DNA of 53,814 bases, taken from positions 1 through 53,814 of IMG/VR virus record IMGVR_UViG_3300022407_002984, one strand, 5' to 3'. Shown here piece by piece: positions 15,334 to 23,350 of the stretch. A program made the position numbers and the translations under genes. The notes under the pieces were generated by a model. It did not search any database and had not been told where the DNA came from. It saw only the letters and a program-made list of their open reading frames with translations. This DNA is from a virus (taxonomy: Duplodnaviria > Caudoviricetes). Position 1 is the first letter of the stretch; the number at the start of each line of letters is the position of its first letter.

Positions 15334-16527
15334 ATGAAATTATCAGAATTAAAAATTTTGTACAATGAGTTTAGTGATGACCGAACTGACATTGAGAATG
15401 CCATTGAGAGTATCAATGAGGGTTATGTATCTATCAATGAGATAGAGCGTGGTGAGTATATATCATACGATAATAGATACTATTCAAGCGATGAATATGT
15501 AATACTACACGATGGTGATTTGTGTGATAGAGAACGTTCATTTTGGTGTGAGGGAAACGATGAATACTACCACGAGGACGATGGAGTTCGATGCTATATG
15601 TATCGTTCAGAGGAGTGGCGAAGTAATGATTGGGCAGAACGTAATATGGACTACCTTTATCAAGGCGAGTGGTATGATGGTGATGCTTTATCTTATCACG
15701 ACCTTGTGTGGTGTGAAGATATTGAAGAGGTAATGAGTGAAGATGATGCCTACTACCACGAGGGTGATGGTTGGTATTCCTATCCCGATGATACAGAGAC
15801 TTACTTACGTGGGTATCATAATGGTAGTTACCAATCCAAGAACTTCGATGGCAAGTCAAAGTATCGTATCGGGTACGAGATTGAGAAGGAAGACCAAGAC
15901 GTACTGGAGAGTATAGACATTGATAACTTTGAAGAGCAGACAGAGTACAAGTGGCGTAAAGAAAGCGATGGCAGTCTATGTAGTAGTAGTGGCTACGAGC
16001 TCATTAGTCCTACGTTTGAGTTTAATATCACAAAGATATTCAAATATATAGAGAGTAATGAGGTACTTGTAAACCATATCAATGCCAATCATAGTACTTC
16101 GTGTGGTGGTCATATCAACTTATCAGAGAAAGGTTTATCGGGCAATGAATTGTTTGATAAGATAAAAGGTTATACGCCTTTATTCTATGCCTTGTATCAC
16201 GGTAGAGTAGATAAGAACTATTGTAAAGGTAAGAACAACAGAGACCTTAAATATGAGAACGAGAAGTATCAAGCTATTAAGATACACGACAATCGTGTAG
16301 AGTTTCGTATCATTAGTGCAGTACCTAATGTTAAGACATTGAAGTGGAGAAGTAAACTAATTATGTCGATACTTAAAAACCCTACTGATGATGTGATACA
16401 AGGTTATTACAATGTAGATACAAAGTTCACACGATTACTTAAGGAGACTTATACAGATGAGAAGTTAGTAACGCTTAAGGAAAGATTTAAAAAATATACA
16501 AAACAATTTGAAGGATTAGATATATAA
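15334..16527 (+). CDS. Putative amidoligase (COOH-NH2 ligase, GCS fold) with acidic N-terminal repeat region
   Basis: IGYEIE, KESDGSL, GYELISP, CGGHINLS, RVEFRI motifs. Confidence 0.82.
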   Translation: MKLSELKILYNEFSDDRTDIENAIESINEGYVSINEIERGEYISYDNRYYSSDEYVILHDGDLCDRERSFWCEGNDEYYHEDDGVRCYMYRSEEWRSNDWAERNMDYLYQGEWYDGDALSYHDLVWCEDIEEVMSEDDAYYHEGDGWYSYPDDTETYLRGYHNGSYQSKNFDGKSKYRIGYEIEKEDQDVLESIDIDNFEEQTEYKWRKESDGSLCSSSGYELISPTFEFNITKIFKYIESNEVLVNHINANHSTSCGGHINLSEKGLSGNELFDKIKGYTPLFYALYHGRVDKNYCKGKNNRDLKYENEKYQAIKIHDNRVEFRIISAVPNVKTLKWRSKLIMSILKNPTDDVIQGYYNVDTKFTRLLKETYTDEKLVTLKERFKKYTKQFEGLDI

Positions 16528-16552
16528 CAATTAACAATTAAAACCAAACATT

Positions 16553-17389
16553 ATGTGCATAGCAATTTTAAACACAAAGAAAGCAGGTAGATTACCTAAA
16601 AATCAAATCAAAAATTCTTGGGACAACAACGACATGGGAGCCGGTCTTCTATGGAGTAAAGATAACAAGTTAAATGTATTCAAGACATACGAGTATGAGG
16701 AGTACATAGAGAAGTACAACGATATACGTGATGACAAATCAGTAGGTAATATTGTATTACACTTTCGTATCGCTACGAGTGGTTACAATGGTGAGCACAA
16801 TCTTCATCCATTCCTAACTAACAATGACTTAGGGTTTGTACACAACGGAGTAATCAAGGGACTGGGCAACAAAAGTTTCTCAGATACCTATCAATTCAAT
16901 GATATGCTTAAGAAGTTCAGTCACAACTTTGTTGCTTGTGAGATGACAAAGTATTTCATATCAGAGTATATAGGTTATAGTAAACTTATATTCTTAGATA
17001 GCAAAGATAGATACACTATTATCAACGAAGACTTAGGTAAGTGGAATAGTGGTAACTGGTACTCAAACGATTCATACAAGCAGTACAATGACTTTCATTA
17101 TTATGGTAATCAAAAAGTATCTAAGACAGATACTAAGGCAACTACTACTAAAAAGTTTGATGATGTATGGGAGTATGGTAATACTTACGACTATAATCAA
17201 TACGACACTTCGTATGATGAGACTATGGAATCAGATGATGAGTGGGCGATGTATGAGTATATATGTGATGTGTATGGATTAGACCCTGAAGATGATGATA
17301 CGTTTAAAGATATTGAAATGTATATGACTCTTAATGATGCTCACGATATTACCTCATTGTATAACTTAGTAAAAGAAACTATCATCTAA
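16553..17389 (+). CDS. Class II (Ntn) glutamine amidotransferase
   Basis: N-terminal MC, NNDMGAG, HFRIATSG, HPF, HNGVI, SDT. Confidence 0.9.
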   Translation: MCIAILNTKKAGRLPKNQIKNSWDNNDMGAGLLWSKDNKLNVFKTYEYEEYIEKYNDIRDDKSVGNIVLHFRIATSGYNGEHNLHPFLTNNDLGFVHNGVIKGLGNKSFSDTYQFNDMLKKFSHNFVACEMTKYFISEYIGYSKLIFLDSKDRYTIINEDLGKWNSGNWYSNDSYKQYNDFHYYGNQKVSKTDTKATTTKKFDDVWEYGNTYDYNQYDTSYDETMESDDEWAMYEYICDVYGLDPEDDDTFKDIEMYMTLNDAHDITSLYNLVKETII

Positions 17390-17562
17390 TGGAAGACGTT
17401 AACAAATTTTATGAATGGCTACGCAAAGTGGGTAGCGTTCATTTAGCTGACAATTACAAAATGACCAAGGCATACGAAATTGTTTATCAAAATAGTATAG
17501 ACCTAAGAAAGCTAAAAGGGAGTATTAACTTAAAAAAGAAAAAATGTACACAATCTATTTAA
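17389..17562 (+). CDS. Hypothetical protein (57 aa)
   Basis: Manual translation MEDVNKFYEWLRKVG...; TAATG coupling. Confidence 0.55.
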   Translation: MEDVNKFYEWLRKVGSVHLADNYKMTKAYEIVYQNSIDLRKLKGSINLKKKKCTQSI

Positions 17563-17681
17563 ACTATTGGGATAATAACGAGGTTGTTGCCCAAGTATCA
17601 AGCAGATACCGAGCAAAGAAATTATGTGATAAATTGTTTAACCTTAACGAAAAATTTATAGTATGGTACACGAAGCAATAG
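17544..17681 (+). CDS. Hypothetical protein (45 aa)
   Basis: Manual translation MYTIYLNYWDNNEVVAQV... Confidence 0.45.
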   Translation: MYTIYLNYWDNNEVVAQVSSRYRAKKLCDKLFNLNEKFIVWYTKQ

Positions 17682-17935
17682 GAATTTGTAATAGAACTGG
17701 TAGTTATGTAGTACCTACTAAAGTAAAAGGATATTCAGCATATTGTCCTGAATTAGACGAGGACTTGTATGATTTTGAATGGGATACTTTATATTATTTT
17801 GAGGATTGGGTTAGCGATATGCTAAATTCATCTGACTATTCAGAATATGAATTAATGTGCTTTGAAGAACATTATCAAAATTTATTAACATTTGAAGAAA
17901 ACACGGAAATATTTATTAAACAATTAAACAATTAG
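17663..17935 (+). CDS. Hypothetical acidic protein
   Basis: ORF track; CNRTG...YCPELDEDLY. Confidence 0.7.
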   Translation: MVHEAIGICNRTGSYVVPTKVKGYSAYCPELDEDLYDFEWDTLYYFEDWVSDMLNSSDYSEYELMCFEEHYQNLLTFEENTEIFIKQLNN

Positions 17936-17940
17936 AAATT

Positions 17941-18141
17941 ATGGAAATAAAAATTAATTTATTAGAAGTTGCATCTGAATTAGCACACGAAGTTGTGTGT
18001 GCAAAATTTGAAGACGATGATGATTATATGTATGAAGTTGTAACCGATACAACAATTTCATATACTGAAGAAGTACAAGGCGTATTTAACGAATGGTACG
18101 ACCATTATTATGAATTACTTAACAACTTAAAAATCAATTAG
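17941..18141 (+). CDS. Small highly acidic protein
   Basis: ORF track; D/E-rich. Confidence 0.7.
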   Translation: MEIKINLLEVASELAHEVVCAKFEDDDDYMYEVVTDTTISYTEEVQGVFNEWYDHYYELLNNLKIN

Positions 18142-18146
18142 AAATT

Positions 18147-18461
18147 ATGACACAATCAACGGGACAATTAGACAAATTAATCGAAGAAAAAGTAGATGAA
18201 AAAATCAGACAATTTTCATCAAGTATTACCGAACAAATAAGAAATTTTCTAAAAGAGAATGGTGCTTGTAGTGGTGACTATCTTTGCCAAGCACAAGAGT
18301 TTGAATTATTTAATCAAGCATATAGACCTATTAATTATGAAAATCGTAAAGTTAACGTGCTTTGGGATAATTTAAAAGGAGGCTTAGATTTAACAATCAA
18401 GGGTAAAATGATTGAAAGAGCAACAAAAGACTTATTAAACAAAGTTTCACTATTAAGCTAA
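18147..18461 (+). CDS. Hypothetical protein
   Basis: ORF track. Confidence 0.7.
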   Translation: MTQSTGQLDKLIEEKVDEKIRQFSSSITEQIRNFLKENGACSGDYLCQAQEFELFNQAYRPINYENRKVNVLWDNLKGGLDLTIKGKMIERATKDLLNKVSLLS

Positions 18462-18466
18462 AAATT

Positions 18467-18826
18467 ATGGGCAGATATTATCAAGGAGATATAAACGGAA
18501 AATTTTGGTTTGGTTTACAACCAAGTGATGCACCAAGTAGATTTGGGGGCGAAGAAACAGAGCCAAGCTACATTAATTATTATTTCAACGAAGACCATTT
18601 GGAAGAAGTTGAGAATGAAATTAAAGCCATTGAGGAAAAGTTAGGTGACAATAAAAAAATTATTGATGACTTCTTTAGTAAGAGAGATGGTTATTCAGAT
18701 AAAGATTTAGAAGATATAAACATTAGCCAAGCTATGTTGCGAGACTATGCCGACTTAGGTATTGGAATACAAATACGGGATTGTGTTTTGGAAAATGGGG
18801 ATTGTAACTTTGAGGCAGAACTATAA
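18467..18826 (+). CDS. Hypothetical phage protein
   Basis: MGRYYQGDINGKFWFG...CNFEAEL. Confidence 0.75.
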   Translation: MGRYYQGDINGKFWFGLQPSDAPSRFGGEETEPSYINYYFNEDHLEEVENEIKAIEEKLGDNKKIIDDFFSKRDGYSDKDLEDINISQAMLRDYADLGIGIQIRDCVLENGDCNFEAEL

Positions 18827-18984
18827 TGGAAACACGGAAACCATACCAAGTATTTTACGATAACAATTATGTATGCACGATAACTGCATTCAGTCCTTAT
18901 GAGGCTATTGATAAAGTATTTTATACTTATGTATCAGAGTTTCCAGAGATTGATAGAAAAAAATTAACAACAAAGAAAAAATAA
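18826..18984 (+). CDS. Hypothetical protein (52 aa)
   Basis: Manual translation METRKPYQVFYDNNYVCT...; TAATG coupling. Confidence 0.55.
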   Translation: METRKPYQVFYDNNYVCTITAFSPYEAIDKVFYTYVSEFPEIDRKKLTTKKK

Positions 18985-18986
18985 TT

Positions 18987-19295
18987 ATGGAAAAAGATTT
19001 AAACATTGGTGATATTGTAAAGTCAATACACCCCGAAGATAAAGATTTTGGTACAATGGTTATCGAAGATATTTATGGAGATACCAACTGCAAAATGGTT
19101 GGACTTGAAACGCTATTCTTGTGGAAAGATTTAGTTAAAATGAAACCATTTACAATTACTTATCAAATGGAAGTAACCGTTGATGCGTTTAATACAGAAC
19201 ACGCACAAGAGATTTTCGATAACGAAATCAACGTGTACGATTTATCAATGGAGTTTCGAGCAGAGTTTGTTAAACAATTTAGTATTGAAGAATAA
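18987..19295 (+). CDS. Hypothetical protein, SH3-like N-terminus
   Basis: LNIGDIVK pattern. Confidence 0.65.
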   Translation: MEKDLNIGDIVKSIHPEDKDFGTMVIEDIYGDTNCKMVGLETLFLWKDLVKMKPFTITYQMEVTVDAFNTEHAQEIFDNEINVYDLSMEFRAEFVKQFSIEE

Positions 19296-19300
19296 TTATT

Positions 19301-19507
19301 ATGAAAGTAACAAAGGATAATTTTGTATGGTTAATAGTAACCGACAACGCAGAAGAAATATGGGATAAAAAAGTATTTGACTTATACATTTTGTATGATG
19401 ACGATAGCGAAAGTTTGGTTGAAAATTATAAGGAATTAGTCAAAGCTATTGACGATGGTTTAGATATTGGAATAGAAGTAGGACACTTAAAAATAACAAC
19501 ATTATGA
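19301..19507 (+). CDS. Hypothetical protein
   Basis: ORF track. Confidence 0.7.
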   Translation: MKVTKDNFVWLIVTDNAEEIWDKKVFDLYILYDDDSESLVENYKELVKAIDDGLDIGIEVGHLKITTL

Positions 19508-19677
19508 AAGTAAATGATTATATTTATATAGTGAATGAATACGGAAAATTCTTACGTAAAATCGTGTGGAAAGGTAAATACAAATTTGAATGGAATAGTG
19601 GTTGGGCAACCATTGATGAGTTGATACCCAACGAAGATAAAGAAAGTAAAGTTAAATTTATATTAAACCAATTATGA
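19504..19677 (+). CDS. Hypothetical protein (57 aa)
   Basis: Manual translation MKVNDYIYIVNEYG...; ATGA overlaps at both ends. Confidence 0.6.
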   Translation: MKVNDYIYIVNEYGKFLRKIVWKGKYKFEWNSGWATIDELIPNEDKESKVKFILNQL

Positions 19678-19898
19678 ATATATTTAGAATAAGTACCACT
19701 GCGTACAAAGAAGAAGACTTCTATCTACATACAGAGTTAGATGAGGTAGATATTGTAGAGGTAATAACGCCTATTGTTAATGCCGAGCGTGACGGCTATG
19801 AGGTGTACGATAATGAATTGTTATTGGATATGCTTATCAAGAGATACCCAAGAAAGAAGATAGAGTTATACGAAGAATTTAAAAATATAATAATATAA
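19674..19898 (+). CDS. Hypothetical protein
   Basis: ORF track. Confidence 0.7.
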   Translation: MNIFRISTTAYKEEDFYLHTELDEVDIVEVITPIVNAERDGYEVYDNELLLDMLIKRYPRKKIELYEEFKNIII

Positions 19899-19901
19899 AT
19901 T

Positions 19902-20066
19902 GAGTAGCAAAGGAAATCCTTACTTGTCGGTAATGTAGGACGTTGTAATGCCATTGGTCAAATCAGTCGCTACTCTGTATCAAGTTTATTTATATATACT
20001 TCTTGATGCACTCATAATAGCTGAAATTACAATAAGACTGACTGACGTGAAAGTGCGTCATTTTTT
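19902..20066 (+). ncRNA. Candidate pseudoknotted ncRNA ending in a terminator-like hairpin
   Basis: Stems gagtagc/gctactc and tgtatcaag/cttgatgca; crossing pairs ttgtaat/attacaa and tcagtc/gactga; tgacg/cgtca hairpin plus T6. Confidence 0.45.
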
Positions 20067-20124
20067 AATAACAATATGTCAGGTAAATGATGGAAAAAAC
20101 TTGACATTTAATAACGAATACATT

Positions 20125-20217
20125 ATGAAATATTTATTGTTATGGTGTGGATACGAATTGATACGACCGAAAGTAATTTGGTTATGGTATTATTTAATTA
20201 AACAAGCGAACAAATGA
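20125..20217 (+). CDS. Small hydrophobic peptide (30 aa)
   Basis: MKYLLLWCGYELIRPKVIWLWYYLIKQANK; ATGA overlap with next gene. Confidence 0.45.
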   Translation: MKYLLLWCGYELIRPKVIWLWYYLIKQANK

Positions 20218-20516
20218 AAGATAAAATAGTAAAAGAAGTATTAGATAAGTATAAAGATAGGTCTGATGCTGGGATTGAGAAGTATGGAGTAACATTAGAA
20301 CGTGGAGACTTAAACTATATTGAGTGGCTATCGCACTTACAAGAAGAGTTAATGGATGCCACACTATACATACAAAAATTAAAGACAGAGTTAGAACAAA
20401 ACCCTAACTTCCCTGACGGGCATATCATTACCAAAGAGAGTTGGGATAACGCTGATAAGATAACCCAAGACGGATTTGTTTACGTGAAGTTTAACGACTT
20501 AACTTTTTATAAATGA
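20214..20516 (+). CDS. All-alpha NTP pyrophosphohydrolase-like (MazG-like) protein
   Basis: RSDAGIEKYGVTL...WLSHLQEELMDATLY (EExxD). Confidence 0.6.
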   Translation: MKDKIVKEVLDKYKDRSDAGIEKYGVTLERGDLNYIEWLSHLQEELMDATLYIQKLKTELEQNPNFPDGHIITKESWDNADKITQDGFVYVKFNDLTFYK

Positions 20517-20630
20517 AATATAAAATCTATGGATTTTTAATGTGGTGCTTGTTCTTATTTTGTATAGGAATGTCGTTAGCTTTAATATTAAATTTATGTT
20601 AAAAATGTATTGTATGTAAAAGATATTTAC

Positions 20631-20638
20631 TATCTTTG
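20631..20638 (+). promoter_or_regulatory. -7 promoter element for replication/recombination operon
   Basis: TATCTTTG with TTG 18 nt upstream. Confidence 0.7.
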
Positions 20639-20664
20639 TACTTTAATTAATCAAATCAAATCAA

Positions 20665-20967
20665 ATGAAATCAGACGTATTTAATCAATATGTTGACCGA
20701 GTTACAGACTTGTTCAGCATTGATAGAGAAACCCTATTCTCTAAACTAAAACAGAGACATATAGTAGATGCACGACAATTACTTTACTACTTATGTTACA
20801 ATAGACAAATGCAATTAGTTATTATCAAAAAGTTTATGAACGATAACGGATATAACATTGCTCACAATTCAATCATTAATGGAATTAACGTAGTCGACCA
20901 AAAGATTAAGGAAGACAAAGATTATCAATCAATCGTTAAGGATATTGACAAAGCAGTATTTATTTAA
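20665..20967 (+). CDS. DnaA C-terminal (domain IV)-like HTH protein
   Basis: LFSKLKQRHIVDARQLLYYL...HNSIINGI. Confidence 0.7.
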   Translation: MKSDVFNQYVDRVTDLFSIDRETLFSKLKQRHIVDARQLLYYLCYNRQMQLVIIKKFMNDNGYNIAHNSIINGINVVDQKIKEDKDYQSIVKDIDKAVFI

Positions 20968-20986
20968 TCAATCAAATCAAATCAAA

Positions 20987-21625
20987 ATGGAAAACACATT
21001 TGAAAAATTGTCGGCTATCAACGTGAACGACAAAGTAGAAAAGAAAAGTAATTTAACTTATTTATCGTGGGCTTGGGCTTGGAGTGAAACTAAAAAAGCT
21101 TTCCCTGATGCTTCTTATCAAATCAAAGGAGACCCTATTACTCAAAAGCCATACTTCTATGATGAGAAACTTGGGTATATGGTAATGACAGAAGTAACTA
21201 TCGAAGGTAAAACTTTAGAGATGTGGTTGCCAGTTATGGACGGAGCCAACAAGTCAATGTTAGCTGAGGCTTATACTTATACCACAAGATACGGAGAGAA
21301 GTCTGTTGAGGCCGCCTCAATGTTTGACATCAATAAAACATTAATGAGATGCTTAGTTAAGAACCTTGCTATGTTTGGCTTGGGTATTTATATCTATGCC
21401 GGTGAGGACTTACCTGAGGGAGAGGTTACTAAAGTAGTGGCACCCGTTAAGGAAGAGCCTGTGTTAGAGGACTTGAAAAAAGGTACTGATAATTGGAACA
21501 ACGTAATTAAATATGTTAGTGCCAATAAGGAATTAGGTATGGAGAAAATTGGTCAACAATTAAATCGTAAATACAAAATCAGTCCAGCATTGAAGAAAGA
21601 AATTGCTAATGTATTAAGCGTATAG
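20987..21625 (+). CDS. Single-strand annealing protein, Sak3/DUF1071 (Rad52-like)
   Basis: LTYLSWAWAW, MWLPVMD, FDINKTLMRCLVK, GLGIYIYAGEDLP; ATG 20987. Confidence 0.9.
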   Translation: MENTFEKLSAINVNDKVEKKSNLTYLSWAWAWSETKKAFPDASYQIKGDPITQKPYFYDEKLGYMVMTEVTIEGKTLEMWLPVMDGANKSMLAEAYTYTTRYGEKSVEAASMFDINKTLMRCLVKNLAMFGLGIYIYAGEDLPEGEVTKVVAPVKEEPVLEDLKKGTDNWNNVIKYVSANKELGMEKIGQQLNRKYKISPALKKEIANVLSV

Positions 21626-21626
21626 T

Positions 21627-22373
21627 ATGACAGTATTAAACCAACACATACTTGACTTACTACGTGATGATAAAGAATACTATGGTGGTATTGGTAAGAA
21701 CTACTTATCCAATTCAGATATAGGTACATTATTAGAGAACCCGAAAGAGTTTCGTACACCACGTGAGGACAATAAAGCATTTGCAGAAGGCAGATACTTT
21801 CACCAATCAATACTTGAGCCTGAGAAAATTAAAGATGTAGTCTTTATTGATGTGGCTACACGTAATAACAAAGAGTACAAGGATTTTTGTAGAGATAACA
21901 ATTTACCTTTTTGTTTATTAAAGAAAGAGATTGATGATGTTAAGAACTTGGTAAAGATTATCAATGGTAACATTGCTTTCTTTGAGGACATATACAGAGA
22001 AGGCAACCAATATGAGATACCAGCTATTGGAGAAATACAAGGTATGATGTGGAAAGGTAAGGCAGACATTATAACTAATGAGCACGTGATTGACTTAAAG
22101 ACCACGAGTGATATTCAAAAGTTTAAGTGGAACGCTAAGAAGTATAACTACGATTCACAATGTTATATATACCAAATACTATTCGGTAAACCTTTAGTGT
22201 TCTATGTGATTGATAAGGTCACTGGTATACTTGCGATATTCAAACCTACTGAAGAATTTGTAAAGGGTGGCGAGATGAAGGTAGCAAGAGCGGTTGATAT
22301 ATATCAAAAGTACTTCTCGGAGAACCCATCGGATAGTATTGATAACTATTACATAGACGAGTTTTTATATTAA
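21627..22373 (+). CDS. RecE/exonuclease VIII-like PD-(D/E)XK exonuclease
   Basis: LSNSDI, GRYFH..ILEP, KGKAD, IDLKTT, YDSQCYIY; adjacent to recombinase. Confidence 0.85.
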   Translation: MTVLNQHILDLLRDDKEYYGGIGKNYLSNSDIGTLLENPKEFRTPREDNKAFAEGRYFHQSILEPEKIKDVVFIDVATRNNKEYKDFCRDNNLPFCLLKKEIDDVKNLVKIINGNIAFFEDIYREGNQYEIPAIGEIQGMMWKGKADIITNEHVIDLKTTSDIQKFKWNAKKYNYDSQCYIYQILFGKPLVFYVIDKVTGILAIFKPTEEFVKGGEMKVARAVDIYQKYFSENPSDSIDNYYIDEFLY

Positions 22374-22717
22374 TGGATTTCAATAGTGACTTTAGGTTTG
22401 ACTTAAAGATAGGTCAGATAAAAGAGGAAGAGTTACACGATATTCTAAGCAATTCTCTGATAGAGGTTAAGTATGACTTAAAAGCATTAGAGACTGGAAA
22501 TGTTTTTGTAGAGTACGAGAGTAGAGGTAAACCTTCGGGTATAGCTACTACTCAGTCTGAATGGTATTGCTTTGCAATTGCAGACACCTTTCACTTTATA
22601 AAGACAACAGACCTTGCTGAGAGATGCAGAAAGTATTTAAGTACACGCAGAGATATAGCTGGAGGAGATGACAATACCTCAAAGGGTATACTATTGCCTA
22701 CTAAAGAATTGTTTTAG
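22373..22717 (+). CDS. PD-(D/E)XK nuclease-like protein
   Basis: IEVKYD...TGNVFVEY...KPSGIATT. Confidence 0.65.
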   Translation: MDFNSDFRFDLKIGQIKEEELHDILSNSLIEVKYDLKALETGNVFVEYESRGKPSGIATTQSEWYCFAIADTFHFIKTTDLAERCRKYLSTRRDIAGGDDNTSKGILLPTKELF

Positions 22718-22842
22718 TGGAAAATAAAGTCCAAAATAAACAAATTTGTTTATTATAATGGAAAAAAATACCAATTACAAACTTAGCCTTAGAGGTTAGT
22801 AGTTGGTTTAATAGACTAAGGCGAACTAAAAAATTATTTAAA

Positions 22843-23130
22843 ATGGCACAAGAAGAAAAAATCTTTGCAGACGGTTTCGTATTCAAACGAAACGAAAATG
22901 CCCCTGACTTTGTAGTGGGTAGAATTAGTATTAAAGTTGAAGAGGCTATTGCCTTTATCAAAAATCACGAGAAGAATGGTTGGGTTAACCTTGGGGTTAA
23001 GACTGCTCGTAGTGGAAACTACTACATTGACTTGGACACATTCGAAGCGAATGATAGTTCGAAGAAAGAAGGTGAGACCAAAACAAAAGCGGTAGCTAAA
23101 GAGGAACCAGCAGACGATTTGCCGTTCTAA
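22843..23130 (+). CDS. Single-stranded DNA-binding protein (putative)
   Basis: Acidic C-terminal EEPADDLPF; recombination operon. Confidence 0.75.
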   Translation: MAQEEKIFADGFVFKRNENAPDFVVGRISIKVEEAIAFIKNHEKNGWVNLGVKTARSGNYYIDLDTFEANDSSKKEGETKTKAVAKEEPADDLPF

Positions 23131-23151
23131 TTATCTGATTACCAATAAGAT

Positions 23152-23179
23152 AAGGGGAACTAACACTTCCCCTTTTTTT
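23152..23179 (+). terminator. Intrinsic terminator
   Basis: aaggggaa-ctaacac-ttcccctt plus T run after ssb. Confidence 0.85.
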
Positions 23180-23190
23180 ACCAACAATGC

Positions 23191-23349
23191 GTGTCGATAT
23201 TGTTAATTAGATACCCCCTATTACTTCTATATAGAATATATATATAATATTTTTTTTATTACTATATCTTGAAGTTAAAATTGACATAAACGACAGAAGT
23301 ATTGATTATAAACAACTTAGATTAAACAAAACGACATAAAAACGACATA
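23191..23349. other. Origin-like element B, upstream of primase
   Basis: Inverted TGTCG/CGACA half-sites around an AT core; direct repeats aacgacata. Confidence 0.55.
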
Positions 23350-23350
23350 T

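Noticed and set aside
19948-20124. N-terminal extension of ORF 19948-20217
   Set aside because: Runs through the structured RNA and terminator; ATG 20125 has a typical leader.
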